Origin: Tepidisphaeraceae bacterium
GTDB lineage: Bacteria; Planctomycetota; Phycisphaerae; Tepidisphaerales; Tepidisphaeraceae
Assembly: GCA_035627895.1 (NCBI GenBank)
Contig: DASPKW010000178.1
Location: 5,033-69,032, forward strand
DNA length: 64,000 bases
Direction: 5' to 3'
Of the stretch, positions 51,864 to 62,253 are shown piece by piece. The position numbers and the translations under genes were made by a program. Under the pieces are notes generated by a model. It saw only the letters and a program-made list of their open reading frames with translations. It made no database searches and was not told where the DNA came from. The first letter of the stretch is position 1. Every line of letters begins with the position of its first letter.

Positions 51864-54800
51864 TCAATCCTTCACCACCGCCTCGTCGAAATTCATCACC
51901 ACCCGCGCGACGAGCGTCCACGTCGCGCGCTCCACCGCGTCCGCGTCCGTCGCGCCGTCGCCCGCGACCTTCTTCGCCTCCGCGACCGCCAATCCCGACC
52001 GCCGCGCCTTGGCGAACGACGCGAGCATCTCGACCTCCTCCGCCGCCGCCGGCCGGACCATGACACGCCTAAAGATCTCGCCCGCCTTCGCCCCGTCATC
52101 CCCCGGCGTCTCGGCGGCGATCTTCCCCAGCGCCCGCGCCGCGTCCAAGAACACCTCGTCGTTCATGAGCGACAGCGCCTGCAGCGGCGTGTTCGACACC
52201 TCCCGCCGCGCCACGCACACGTCCCCCGCCGGCGCGTCGAACGTGTTGTACAGCGCGAACGGCGCCGTCCGCTTCGCGAACGTGTACAGGCTTCTGCGGA
52301 AGCGATCTTCCCCGGTCGACGGCACCCACTTGAGCGGGCCGTACGCGCCCTCGGTCGTCACGCCCGGCACCTGCGGCGGGAACACGCTCGGCCCGCCGAT
52401 TTTCGTCGACAGCAACCCCGCCGCCTTGAGCATCGCGTCGCGAATGACCTCCGCCTCGGCCCGCACCCGCGGCCCGCGCGACATCAGCACGTTCTGCGGG
52501 TCCTTCGCCAGCAACTCCGGCGTCACGCCAGACGACTGCCGGTACGCGCTGCTGGTCACGATCAGCCGGTGAAGCTGCTTCATCGACCACCCGCGGTTCA
52601 TGAACTCGACCGCGAGCCAGTCCAGCAAATCCTGGTTCGACGGGAGTTCGCCCTGGAAGCCGAAGTCTTCGGTCGTGCGGACGATCCCGCGGCCGAAGAA
52701 CGTCGCCCACTGGCGATTCACGGTCACGCGCGCGGTGAGCGGGTTTTCCTTCGAGACGAGCCACTTCGCGAACTCCACCCGACTCAACCCCGCTTGCGGC
52801 TTCGCGCCGTACGCGGTCAGGAACGTCGGCACCCCCGACTTGACGACCCCCTTCGGCTGCGTGAACTCGCCGCGGTGGTACAGGTGCGTCTGCCGCGCGT
52901 GCCCCGCCGGACGCTCGGTCATCACGAGCGTCGTCACCGGCTTGGGCACCGCCGTCCGCACCGCGTCGATCGCCTTGCGCGCCTCGGCCAGTTCCGGCGC
53001 GACGTCCAGCCAGTGTTCGAAGATCGCCGACCTCTGCTCGGCGGTCTGATCCTGGGGCGGCGTCGCCATCGCCGTCTCGACCTCGGGCGGCAGCGGCGCG
53101 GCGTTCCCGGCCCGCGGGTCCGTGCTCACCCATATCCGGAACCGCCCGATGTCGGCGGCATAGTACTTCTCGAACAGCATCCGCACGTCGATCTCGCGCG
53201 CACCCGCGGCCAGCGGCTTGTCGAGCACGAACACCGCGTGGTGCGCCTTGCCCTGCCCGCCGTTGATCGACCACCCGCTCTGCTGGTCGCTGTCGATCGC
53301 CTTGGACGCGTCGTTCTTGCCCGCCGCGAAGCTCTGCACGGCCGAGACGAACTTGCCCGCGGCGCCGTTCGCGCTCACGCCGATCTCGCTCAGGAAGAAG
53401 TCGCCGTTCGGACCCTCGTAGTGCACCTTGCCCGGCCCGCCCCCCGGCAGGCTCGGGTCCGGCAGCGCCTCGACGCGGACCGCCGTCACACCCGACACGC
53501 CCGCCGGCAGCGCGAACGTCATCCGGTACTCGTCGCTCTTGGTGATGTCGCCGCTGACGAACACCGACCCGTCCGGCCGGGCCGTCAGGGTGGGCGCGTT
53601 GCTCTGCAGCTTGACCGGCGTCGCCATCACCCACCGGGCCGCCGAGTTCGCCTGCTTCGCCTCCCATGCGGCGAACGCCTTGGCGACGGCGGCCTTGCGC
53701 TGCTCCGCTTCGCCTTGCGGGGCGGCCGGCGCGGCCTTCCCGCCCAGGCTGATGCGCGGGCGCACCAGCGTGTGCTTTCCGCCATGGGTCTGTTCGAGTT
53801 TCACGACCCACTTCGTTCCCGCCGCCGCGGCGACGGGCTTGTCGAAGTGGAACGTCGCCGTGCGGCTCGTGATCGCCTGCCCGGCGATGCCCCAACCGGT
53901 CCTGGGCTTGCCGTCGATCGCGTCGGCGACGTTGAAGTTGTCCTGGGAATGATCCGCCTCGGCGCGCGCCAGTTTGACGCGCCGCGCTGCCGCTTGCGGC
54001 TTGGCGACTATCTCGACCGACACCTCCGTCAGCACAAAGTTCCCGTGCGGCGTCCGCCCGGGTCCTGACGAACCATCCTGCAGCGCCTCAACCCTCAACC
54101 GATCCACCGTCAGCGCGCGATCCGTCTCGAACTCGATCGTGTAAACGTCCGCGTCCGGCGCTTCCCCGCTGCCGCCACCGATCCGCCAAGAGCCGTCGCC
54201 CTGGCACTCGGCCCTTTCGCCCGAGGCGGTCGTCAACTTCCCCCCCGCACTGATCCACTCGGCCTGCGCCAGCGGAAACTTCGACGGCAGTTCCGCCCGC
54301 ATCGCCTTCGCCTTCGCCGCCGCCTCGGCGCGCTTCGCTTCGATCTCCGGCGTCACCAGCTCCATCACCGGCTCGTCCGCGTTGTCGAGCGCGGCCATAA
54401 TGCCGAAGTACTCCTCGTGCCGAATCGGATCGTACTTGTGCGTGTGGCACTGGGCGCACGCCACCGTCAGCCCGAGCCATGTCGTGCCCGTCGTTCCGAC
54501 GCGGTCAACCATCGCGTGAAACCGATACTCCAGCGGGTCGATGCCCCCCTCCTCGTTGATCATCGTGTTGCGGTGGAACCCCGTCGCGACGCGCTGGTCG
54601 GCCGTAGCGTTCGGGAGCATGTCGCCGGCGAGTTGCTCGACCGTGAACCGGTCGAACGGCATGTCCGCGTTGATCGCGTTGATCACCCAATCGCGCCACG
54701 GCCACATCACGCGCGGGCGATCCTTCTCATACCCGTTCGTGTCCGAGTACCGCGCAAGGTCCAGCCACTTCCGCGCCCATCGCTCGCCGTACTGCGGGCT

Positions 54801-55463
54801 CGCCAAGAGCCGGTCGACCAGTTTCTCATACGCGTCCGGCGACGCATCCTTCGCGAACGCGTCTGCCTCCGCCGGCGTTGGCGGCAGGCCGATCAGGTCC
54901 AGCGACACGCGCCGGATCAGCGCGTGACGCCCGGCCTCCGCGCTTGGCGCGAGTCCTTCCGCTTCGAGCCGCGCCAGCACGAAGGCGTCGATCGCGTTCC
55001 GGATCCACTTCCCGTTCTTTACCGTCGGCAATGCCGCCTGCTTTGGCGGGATCCACGCCCAGTGTTCCTGATACTCCGCCCCCTCTTCGACCCACCGTTT
55101 CAGCGTCTGCTTCTGCGCCTCAGTCAGCACCCGCTTGGTGCTCGCGGGCGGCATGACGTCGTCTTCATCCGCCGTGAGGATCCGCTTGACCAGTTCGCTC
55201 TCGCCCGGCTTGCCCGGGACGACCGAGGCCTTCCCGCTCTCCCCGGCCGCCAGCGCCCCGTCGCGCACGTCGAGCCGCACCCCGCCCTTTCGCGACTTGT
55301 CGTCGATCCCGTGACACTTGAAGCAGTGCTGGGAAATGATCGGCCGGACGTCGCGGTTGAAGTCGACCTTCGCCGACGCCACCGGCGGCGCGGCTGCGAC
55401 CGACCCGCCCGCCATCGCCAGCACGGTCCCCGTCAGCCATCCCGTTCGACCCATCCGCGCCAT
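51864..55463 (-). CDS. large PSCyt/DUF1549/DUF1553 protein
   Basis: CFKCHG cytochrome-like motif, ERWARKWLDLARYSDT (DUF1549), CAQCHTHKYDPI, and a DUF1553-type C-terminus. Start at ATG 55463 (MARMGRTGWLTGTVLAMAGG). Confidence 0.85.
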   Translation of the reverse strand: MARMGRTGWLTGTVLAMAGGSVAAAPPVASAKVDFNRDVRPIISQHCFKCHGIDDKSRKGGVRLDVRDGALAAGESGKASVVPGKPGESELVKRILTADEDDVMPPASTKRVLTEAQKQTLKRWVEEGAEYQEHWAWIPPKQAALPTVKNGKWIRNAIDAFVLARLEAEGLAPSAEAGRHALIRRVSLDLIGLPPTPAEADAFAKDASPDAYEKLVDRLLASPQYGERWARKWLDLARYSDTNGYEKDRPRVMWPWRDWVINAINADMPFDRFTVEQLAGDMLPNATADQRVATGFHRNTMINEEGGIDPLEYRFHAMVDRVGTTGTTWLGLTVACAQCHTHKYDPIRHEEYFGIMAALDNADEPVMELVTPEIEAKRAEAAAKAKAMRAELPSKFPLAQAEWISAGGKLTTASGERAECQGDGSWRIGGGSGEAPDADVYTIEFETDRALTVDRLRVEALQDGSSGPGRTPHGNFVLTEVSVEIVAKPQAAARRVKLARAEADHSQDNFNVADAIDGKPRTGWGIAGQAITSRTATFHFDKPVAAAAGTKWVVKLEQTHGGKHTLVRPRISLGGKAAPAAPQGEAEQRKAAVAKAFAAWEAKQANSAARWVMATPVKLQSNAPTLTARPDGSVFVSGDITKSDEYRMTFALPAGVSGVTAVRVEALPDPSLPGGGPGKVHYEGPNGDFFLSEIGVSANGAAGKFVSAVQSFAAGKNDASKAIDSDQQSGWSINGGQGKAHHAVFVLDKPLAAGAREIDVRMLFEKYYAADIGRFRIWVSTDPRAGNAAPLPPEVETAMATPPQDQTAEQRSAIFEHWLDVAPELAEARKAIDAVRTAVPKPVTTLVMTERPAGHARQTHLYHRGEFTQPKGVVKSGVPTFLTAYGAKPQAGLSRVEFAKWLVSKENPLTARVTVNRQWATFFGRGIVRTTEDFGFQGELPSNQDLLDWLAVEFMNRGWSMKQLHRLIVTSSAYRQSSGVTPELLAKDPQNVLMSRGPRVRAEAEVIRDAMLKAAGLLSTKIGGPSVFPPQVPGVTTEGAYGPLKWVPSTGEDRFRRSLYTFAKRTAPFALYNTFDAPAGDVCVARREVSNTPLQALSLMNDEVFLDAARALGKIAAETPGDDGAKAGEIFRRVMVRPAAAEEVEMLASFAKARRSGLAVAEAKKVAGDGATDADAVERATWTLVARVVMNFDEAVVKD

Positions 55464-55703
55464 GCACACTCCCGGCCAAGCGAAGTGAACCGTACCGCCC
55501 GTCGCCCGCAACATTCTAATCCGCCACCCACCCCGCCCCAAGTGATACGCCAAGCCGATGCGACTGCTCGCGACAAATCCTGATCTGCTAATGCCGCATG
55601 GCTGCGGCACCGGACGGTGCAACCTCTACGGCAGAGTCGAGTGGCCCTCACTTTGCACCTACGGAGACCCGGAGGCGGACATTCCCGCCAGAAAGGTTGC
55701 CCC

Positions 55704-55928
55704 ATGTCCTTCAAGAAACCCCTGCTCTTTGCGGTCTGCGCCCCCCTGCTGGCGCTGACCGGGTGCGTGTACGACGAGGCCTACGACCATGATCACCATC
55801 GTTACGGCCACCATTGGGACCGTCACGATCACCGCCACTACGACCACCACGACGCCCGTCCCGCCGGCTATCGCGACCGCGACCGCGACGGCGTGCCCGA
55901 CCGCTGGGAAGGCCGACGCGGCTGGTGA
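55704..55928 (+). CDS. small His/Asp/Arg-rich lipoprotein
   Basis: Lipobox LLALTGC, then YDEAYDHDHHRYGHHWDRHDHRHYDHHDARPAGYRDRDRDG. Confidence 0.6.
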   Translation: MSFKKPLLFAVCAPLLALTGCVYDEAYDHDHHRYGHHWDRHDHRHYDHHDARPAGYRDRDRDGVPDRWEGRRGW

Positions 55929-55937
55929 GCAAAAGAT

Positions 55938-55968
55938 GAGACCCGCGGAAGCCAGTTCCGCGGGTCTC
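55938..55968. terminator. 12-bp-stem hairpin between convergent genes
   Basis: GAGACCCGCGGA-agccagt-TCCGCGGGTCTC lies 10 nt after the stop at 55928 and 26 nt from the convergent stop at 55994. Confidence 0.6.
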
Positions 55969-55993
55969 TCACTTGGTCTGCTTCACTGAGCCA

Positions 55994-56911
55994 CTATTTG
56001 GCGCGGCGGCGCGACAGGCCGACGATCAGCCCGATCACACCCAACCCGATCACCGACGGCTCGGGCACGGGCGACACGGTGACGACCGTGCCGCTACCGT
56101 TCCCCAGGTCGAGCACCGGCGTCGTCGGCACCACGACCGGCGCGGCGACGACTTCGGTCGACCCGCCCTGCGCGAACAGCCACGGGTAGAGCGTGTTCCC
56201 CGCGTCGGCGTACACGCCGTCCCAGATCGCGTGGTCCGCCCCGGCAACCTCGGTGTACTTCACGTTCCCGCCCGCGCCCGTCAGGGCGTCGACCATCGCC
56301 CGCGTCTCGTCGACCGGCACGACCGAGTCGGCCCCGCCGTGAAACGCCCAAACCGGGACGTCCGTCATCGCACCTGCGGCGCGCGGGTCGTACCCGCCGG
56401 CGACCGGCACGGCCGCGGCGAACGTGCCCGGCTCCCGGCGGATCGCGTCCCACACGCCCATCCCGCCCATCGAGATGCCCGTCACGTAGACCCGGCTGGT
56501 GTCCACGTTCTCGTTCTTCATCGCCTCGTGCACGGCCGACAGCGTCAGGTTCATCGCCTCGGTCGCGTTGGTCCCCCCGGCGAACCACTGATCGGTGTTG
56601 ATTTGCGGCGCAAGAACGTAGCTGGCGTACCTGCCCGAGTTGGTGTGCGCGAGCAGGTTGCCGGCGCTATTGCCCTGGCTGGCGTTGTCGGTCCCGCGCT
56701 CGCCGATACCGTGGAGGTAAACGACCAGCGGCACCTTCTGGCCGGGCGCAACGCGGGCCGGTTCGTACAGACGGTAAGGAAGCGTCGCCCCGCCCAAACT
56801 CACGCTACCGGTCGACGATTCGACGGCTGCGGCGCCCTGCGCGACACAAGCAACAACAACAGCCCCCAGCGCGCGGGCGGTGCCCGCCGCCACTCTCGAC
56901 TTCAAATTCAT
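55994..56911 (-). CDS. alpha/beta-hydrolase (esterase/PHB-depolymerase-like) with PEP-CTERM anchor
   Basis: Nucleophile elbow GISMGGMG, HGGADSVVP, and C-terminal VPEPSVIGLGVIGLIVGLSRRRAK. Start at ATG 56911. Confidence 0.75.
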   Translation of the reverse strand: MNLKSRVAAGTARALGAVVVACVAQGAAAVESSTGSVSLGGATLPYRLYEPARVAPGQKVPLVVYLHGIGERGTDNASQGNSAGNLLAHTNSGRYASYVLAPQINTDQWFAGGTNATEAMNLTLSAVHEAMKNENVDTSRVYVTGISMGGMGVWDAIRREPGTFAAAVPVAGGYDPRAAGAMTDVPVWAFHGGADSVVPVDETRAMVDALTGAGGNVKYTEVAGADHAIWDGVYADAGNTLYPWLFAQGGSTEVVAAPVVVPTTPVLDLGNGSGTVVTVSPVPEPSVIGLGVIGLIVGLSRRRAK

Positions 56912-57210
56912 CAGTGTGCCCTCAGATCTGCGAACAACCGGACGTGCTCCGAGCCGCCCTCCGACAAGCGCCTCAGAGTGGGGCACACCCTATCGGTGGC
57001 TAGATATGCCTTCAAGGAAAATCGGGCTGGAAATATCGATTATTCAACTGCGGCGAGCTGAGCAGACTGAGCCGTAGGCACAATTGTCGTCACAGCCGCG
57101 CAGGCCGTGTGATTAACCGGATTTACACCCCGCGGGGAAACCGGCACAATGACGCCCTAAAGTCGGCGAACGGCCCCTGACGGCGCGCGGCGATCAGATA
57201 TCGAGACCAC

Positions 57211-57834
57211 GTGGACGACACTTCGCCTGCACAAACTCGACGCGCGACGCTCCCCGAGCCGATTCCGCCCTACCGGCCCTACGCGCCAGACGGGCGGACG
57301 TCGGGCCGGCTTTCCTTCCTACTGATCGTGGTGTGTTTGCTCCTGGGGGCGGCCGTGTCGTGGGGGGTGGCGCAATACCGCGAGCGGGCGCGGCTGGCGG
57401 TCCGCAATCGCGACCTGGGGCAGGCTTACACCGTCGTCATGGCCCAACGCGACGACCTCGCGCACTTCATGTCCGCGCCGGACACGAAGACCTTCCGTCT
57501 GACTGGCCGCGGGCCCGCCGCGGGTGCAGAGGTGACGATCGCCTGGAACGCCCGCCGGCTGACCGGGTTCGTGCTCGGCGAGCGGGTGCCGCTGCTCGGC
57601 GACGATGAGGTGTACCGCGTGTGGGTGCGGGGGGCCGACCGGAAGCTGACTCCGACCGACCGAACCTTCCGTCCCGTCGCGGGGTTGACGTGCGTCGAGT
57701 TCCACGTCATCGCGGCGGCCCCGGCGGCGGCGGGGTTTGTGATCGCGGCCGAGCCCGTGACCACGCCCGGGGCGCGCGGACCCGCCGCCATGCCCGCGTC
57801 GCCGGTCGGGCCGCCGGTGCTGGAGTCCGAATAG
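57211..57834 (+). CDS. membrane protein with anti-sigma-K (RskA)-like C-terminal domain
   Basis: One TM segment (LSFLLIVVCLLLGAAVSWGV). The extracytoplasmic part has the RskA-like pattern (AWNARRLTGFVLGERVPLLGDDEVYRVWV). GTG start. Confidence 0.5.
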   Translation: MDDTSPAQTRRATLPEPIPPYRPYAPDGRTSGRLSFLLIVVCLLLGAAVSWGVAQYRERARLAVRNRDLGQAYTVVMAQRDDLAHFMSAPDTKTFRLTGRGPAAGAEVTIAWNARRLTGFVLGERVPLLGDDEVYRVWVRGADRKLTPTDRTFRPVAGLTCVEFHVIAAAPAAAGFVIAAEPVTTPGARGPAAMPASPVGPPVLESE

Positions 57835-57862
57835 TCCTCCCCCTTGTCCGAGGAGACTTGAT

Positions 57863-58309
57863 ATGTCGATCGAGACCGCGACCGAGCCGGGATTCGGGAA
57901 CGTGCAGCGGCAGATGCGCTCCCTGATGGACCAGATGAAGAAGAACTTCTTCAACTTCTGCCCCTCCGAGACCTGGGAGCCGAGCGTCAACCTCTACGAA
58001 ATCGAGAACGCCTACGTCGTCTGCGTGGACCTGGCCGGCGTGGACAAGGACAAGATCGACGTGGTCGTCGCCGACGGCCGCCTGCAACTCCGTGGGACGC
58101 GCGCCGTCCCGGCGCCCTCAGACCTCGAGGCGGCACTCACGCCAGGAGCAGGCCCGGGCCAAGGCCCCAAGGTTCGCATCCACGTGATGGAGATCGACCA
58201 CGGCCCGTTCTGCCGCGAGGTGGACGTCCCGGAGAACGTCGACAAGGAACGCATCTCCGCGACCCACCGCAACGGGCTGCTCTGGATCGAGCTGCCCAAG
58301 AGCAGTTGA
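57863..58309 (+). CDS. Hsp20/alpha-crystallin small heat-shock protein
   Basis: Alpha-crystallin domain PSVNLYEIENAYVVCVDLAGVDKDKIDVVVADGRLQLRG...ATHRNGLLWIELPK. Confidence 0.85.
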   Translation: MSIETATEPGFGNVQRQMRSLMDQMKKNFFNFCPSETWEPSVNLYEIENAYVVCVDLAGVDKDKIDVVVADGRLQLRGTRAVPAPSDLEAALTPGAGPGQGPKVRIHVMEIDHGPFCREVDVPENVDKERISATHRNGLLWIELPKSS

Positions 58310-58333
58310 ACACCCCAGGCGAGCTTAACAAAC

Positions 58334-58442
58334 CGTCATCCTGAGCGCAGCGAAGGATCTCGCCTCGATCGAAATGGCCTGTTCGGCTTGCCAGGCAGGC
58401 CGCCAGGGCGAAGCAAGATCCTTCGCTCCGCTCAGGATGACG
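58334..58442. repeat. 109-bp palindromic element, family 3
   Basis: CGTCATCCTGAGCGCAGCGAAGGATCT (58334-58360) faces AGATCCTTCGCTCCGCTCAGGATGACG (58416-58442), between hsp20 and lon. Confidence 0.8.
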
Positions 58443-58486
58443 GTGAGGCGTTTCGGTAGCCACTTTAAGAACTGACGAGAACATTC

Positions 58487-61120
58487 ATGGCGGAATCACA
58501 GGTCATCTCGCGGTCGCCGGAGGCGACGGTCGTGCGGCTCGGGGGCAACGGGCAACAGGTCACGATCCCCACGACGATCCCGATCCTCCCGATCCGAAAC
58601 GTGGTCGTCTTCCCCGGCACCGTGATGCCGCTGAACGTCGGCCGGCCCAAGAGCAAGGCCCTCCTCGACGAGGTCATGCCAGGCGATAAAACGATCGGCG
58701 TCGTGGCGCAGAAGAATTCGGAATCCGAAGACCCGGGCTACCCCGACCTGCACACGGTCGGCGTCGCGGCGTCGATCCTCAAGCTGTTCAAGCTCCCGGA
58801 CGGGAACCAGTCGATCATCGTGCACGGCCTGACGCGGTTCCGCCTGATGGAGCTGATCCAGGACGCGCCCTTCCTGATGGGACGAATCGAGATCCTCGAA
58901 GACTCGAATGACGCGAGCCCGGAGATCGAGGCGCTGGTCGGCTCGGTGCGGCAACAGGCGAACCGGGTGATCGAGTTGTCGCCCAACACGCCCGATGAGG
59001 CCGCGCAGGTCCTCAACAGCATCACCCAGCCGTCGGCGCTGGCGGACTTCCTCGCGGCCAACATCCAGGCCGACGCGGCCGAGAAACAGCGCGTCCTCGA
59101 AGAGCTCGACGTCGAAAAACGACTGCGCATGGTCGCCACGCACCTGGCGAACCAGCTCGACAAGCTCGAGCTCCAAAACCGCATACAGAGCCAAGTTCGC
59201 GAAAACATCGACAAGAGCCAGCGGCGCTACTACCTGCAGGAGCAGATGAAGGCGATCCGCAAGGAGCTGGGCGAGGGCGACGCCGGCGCCGCCAGCGAGG
59301 TTGAAAACCTCCGCACGAAGCTCGACGCCGCCAAGCTGCCCGAAAACGTCCGCAAGGAGGCCGACCGCGAGCTGAACCGCCTCGAGAGCATCCCGTCGGC
59401 GTCGCCCGAGTACGGCGTGATCCGCACGTGGCTCCAGATCGTCAGCGAGCTCCCGTGGGCAGTCACGACGACCGACAAGCTCGACCTGAAGGAGGCTCGG
59501 GCGATCCTGGACCGCGACCACCACGACCTCGACAAGGTCAAGCGGCGGATCATCGAGTACCTGGCCGTCCTCAAGCTCAAACAGCAGACGCGCGCCAAGA
59601 GCGCGAAGGCGCCGAAGGCCGAGACGTCGGCCGTGCGCGCGACCGGCTCGCCCGGCGCCGGCGGCGCGGCCGTCGCGGACGCGGGAAAGCCGGCGGTGCC
59701 GGACGACCCGAACGTCGTCGACGGCAACCCCGGCGAGGCGAACGTGGGCGGGGCCGGCGCGATCCTGTGCTTCGTCGGCCCGCCGGGCGTCGGCAAGACG
59801 TCGCTCGGCAAGTCGATCGCCGAATCGATGGGCCGCAAGTTCATCCGCGTCGCCTTGGGCGGCGTGCGCGACGAGTCGGAGATCCGCGGGCACCGCCGGA
59901 CGTACATCGGCTCCATGACCGGCCGCCTGATCGCCGAGCTCCGCAAGGCCGGGACGAAGAACCCCGTCATGATGCTCGACGAGATCGACAAGATGAGCAG
60001 CGACTTTCGCGGCGACCCCGCCAGCGCGATGCTCGAAGTGCTCGACCCCGCGCAGAACCACACGTTCACCGACCACTACCTCGACGTACCGTTCGACCTG
60101 TCCAAGGTGCTCTTCATCGCGACCGCCAATTCGATGGACACCGTCCCCGGCCCGCTGCGCGACCGCATGGAGGTCATCGAGATCCCCGGGTACACCCAGT
60201 CGGACAAGCTGAACATCGCCAAGGCCTACCTCGTCCCGCGGCAGCTCGAGGCCAACGGCCTGACCGCCAAACAGGCCAAGTTCCGCGACGACGCACTGCA
60301 GACCGTGATCGAGAGTTACACGCGCGAGGCCGGCGTGCGCAACCTCGAGCGGAGCATCGGCTCCGTGATCCGCGGGATCGCCGCCGAAATCGTCTACGGC
60401 GACAAGCAGTCCGAGACCGTCGACCCGAAGGACGTCGAGAAGTACCTCGGCCCCCGCCGCTTCGAGCCCGAGCTCGCCAGCCGCACCAGCGTGCCCGGCG
60501 TCGCGACCGGCATGGCCTACACGCCCGTCGGCGGCGACATCCTCTTCATCGAGGCCACCCGCATGCCCGGGAAGGGCGCCATCACACTGACCGGGCAGAT
60601 CGGCGACGTAATGAAGGAGAGCGCGACGGCCGCGTGGTCGCTCGTCCGCTCCCGTGCCCAGAAACTCGGGATCGACCCCAAGCTGCTGGCCGAGTGCGAC
60701 ATCCACATCCACGTCCCCGCCGGCGCGATCCCGAAGGACGGCCCGAGCGCGGGCACCGCGATGTTCACGGCGCTCGCGTCACTCCTGCTCAACCGCCCCG
60801 TCCGCCACGACGTCGCCATGACCGGCGAGATCACGCTCCGCGGCCTGGTCCTGCCGATCGGCGGCCTCAAGGAAAAAACCCTCGCCGCCATGCGCGCGGG
60901 AATCAAGGAAGTGATCGTTCCCAAGCGAAATCAGAAGGACCTGCCCGACATCCCCGACGAGGTGAAGGCGAATCTGAAGTTCAACTTCGTCGAGAACATC
61001 GACCAGGTGCTGGAGGTCGCGCTGGGGGCGAAGGGTGCCAAGGCCGCCAAGGCGGTGAAGCGAACGCCGAAGGCGAAGGCCACGCGCGCTCCGCAAGCCA
61101 AGCGGAAGGGGGCCCGGTAG
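58487..61120 (+). CDS. lon: ATP-dependent Lon protease
   Basis: LON N-domain ([14 protein letters not shown]), Walker [10 protein letters not shown], and protease Ser motif [18 protein letters not shown]. Carries an Ala/Gly-rich insert before Walker A. Confidence 0.95.
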   Translation: MAESQVISRSPEATVVRLGGNGQQVTIPTTIPILPIRNVVVFPGTVMPLNVGRPKSKALLDEVMPGDKTIGVVAQKNSESEDPGYPDLHTVGVAASILKLFKLPDGNQSIIVHGLTRFRLMELIQDAPFLMGRIEILEDSNDASPEIEALVGSVRQQANRVIELSPNTPDEAAQVLNSITQPSALADFLAANIQADAAEKQRVLEELDVEKRLRMVATHLANQLDKLELQNRIQSQVRENIDKSQRRYYLQEQMKAIRKELGEGDAGAASEVENLRTKLDAAKLPENVRKEADRELNRLESIPSASPEYGVIRTWLQIVSELPWAVTTTDKLDLKEARAILDRDHHDLDKVKRRIIEYLAVLKLKQQTRAKSAKAPKAETSAVRATGSPGAGGAAVADAGKPAVPDDPNVVDGNPGEANVGGAGAILCFVGPPGVGKTSLGKSIAESMGRKFIRVALGGVRDESEIRGHRRTYIGSMTGRLIAELRKAGTKNPVMMLDEIDKMSSDFRGDPASAMLEVLDPAQNHTFTDHYLDVPFDLSKVLFIATANSMDTVPGPLRDRMEVIEIPGYTQSDKLNIAKAYLVPRQLEANGLTAKQAKFRDDALQTVIESYTREAGVRNLERSIGSVIRGIAAEIVYGDKQSETVDPKDVEKYLGPRRFEPELASRTSVPGVATGMAYTPVGGDILFIEATRMPGKGAITLTGQIGDVMKESATAAWSLVRSRAQKLGIDPKLLAECDIHIHVPAGAIPKDGPSAGTAMFTALASLLLNRPVRHDVAMTGEITLRGLVLPIGGLKEKTLAAMRAGIKEVIVPKRNQKDLPDIPDEVKANLKFNFVENIDQVLEVALGAKGAKAAKAVKRTPKAKATRAPQAKRKGAR

Positions 61121-61135
61121 CGAACGACGGCCGGA

Positions 61136-61402
61136 TCAATTCAGTACGTTGACCAGCACGATCACGCCCGCCCCGACCGCCGTCCAGACGGCCCACGAGC
61201 CGATGAAGATGACGGGCGCGTTCCCGTCCTCCACGTTGCGCGCGAGGAAAAACCCGGGCGCGAAGAGCACGCGCACCAGCGGGTTGTCGCCGGCGTCTCC
61301 GCCGCCCCGAAAGGAGCGGGCGAACATCGCGACGATGACGAGGAAGCCCACGGCGAGGGCGACTGCGACGCCGGCGGCCCAGAGGAAGATGGCAAGCCAC
61401 AT
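61136..61402 (-). CDS. small integral membrane protein
   Basis: 88 aa with two or three hydrophobic spans (MWLAIFLWAAGVAVALAVGFLVIV..., IGSWAVWTAVGAGVIVLV). Confidence 0.5.
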   Translation of the reverse strand: MWLAIFLWAAGVAVALAVGFLVIVAMFARSFRGGGDAGDNPLVRVLFAPGFFLARNVEDGNAPVIFIGSWAVWTAVGAGVIVLVNVLN

Positions 61403-61495
61403 CAGGGTTCTCCGCGACGAGCGGGGATTCTACCGTTCCCGCGACTAGCGGGGATCGCTTTTTCTCCGGGGCTGACGCCGTAAGATCGCCGGCCT

Positions 61496-62155
61496 ATGTC
61501 CCGACTGAAGATCCACAGCACCACCGGCGGTCTCGCGTCGACCAACGCGTATCTCATCGCCGACGTCGCGACCAAGCAGGCCGTGTTCTTCGACGCGCCC
61601 GACCACACGATGACGCCGCTGATCCAAGTCGCCCGGACCGAGGGGTACGACGTGATCGGCCTGTGGCTGACGCACGCCCACTTCGACCACTTCGCCGACC
61701 ACGCGGTCGTCACCGACGCGTTCCCGAACGCGAAGGTGCTGCTCCACCCGCTCGACGCGGCCAAGATGCGCAGCCCGACCCTTCAGACGCGGATGTTTCA
61801 ACTGCCGTTCACCATCCCGGGCCGCGAGGCGGATGCGCCGGTAAACGACGGCGACGTCCTGCGGATCGGCGATACCGAAGTCCGCGCGATCCACACGCCG
61901 GGCCACGCGCCCGGGCACGTGATGTACTGGTTCCCCAGCGACGGCGTGCTCGTCGGCGGCGACCTGATCATCTGCGGCGCGGTGGGCCGGACGGATTTCC
62001 CGGAGTCGGACGAGGACCAACTGATCGAGAGCATCCGCAAGGTGTACGCGACCTGCCCGGACGAGACGCAGCTCCTGCCCGGGCACTGCGAGGAAACGAC
62101 GCTCGGCCAAGAGCGGCGGACGAATCGGTACGTGCGCCAGGTGTTGCGGGCGTGA
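61496..62155 (+). CDS. MBL-fold metallo-hydrolase (glyoxalase II-like)
   Basis: LTHAHFDHFADH metal motif, HTPGHAPGH, and typical length. Confidence 0.85.
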   Translation: MSRLKIHSTTGGLASTNAYLIADVATKQAVFFDAPDHTMTPLIQVARTEGYDVIGLWLTHAHFDHFADHAVVTDAFPNAKVLLHPLDAAKMRSPTLQTRMFQLPFTIPGREADAPVNDGDVLRIGDTEVRAIHTPGHAPGHVMYWFPSDGVLVGGDLIICGAVGRTDFPESDEDQLIESIRKVYATCPDETQLLPGHCEETTLGQERRTNRYVRQVLRA

Positions 62156-62253
62156 CGGGACGTGCCTCACCGAAGTGGGCACGCCGGGGAAATGAAGAGG
62201 GCCGCACCACGCCGGTGCGGCCCTCTGCTCTCTCAGCCGTTCGTTGCGAACGC

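Noticed and set aside
58496-60712. ORF 58496-60712 (-, 738 aa).
   Set aside because: It is an antisense shadow of lon.
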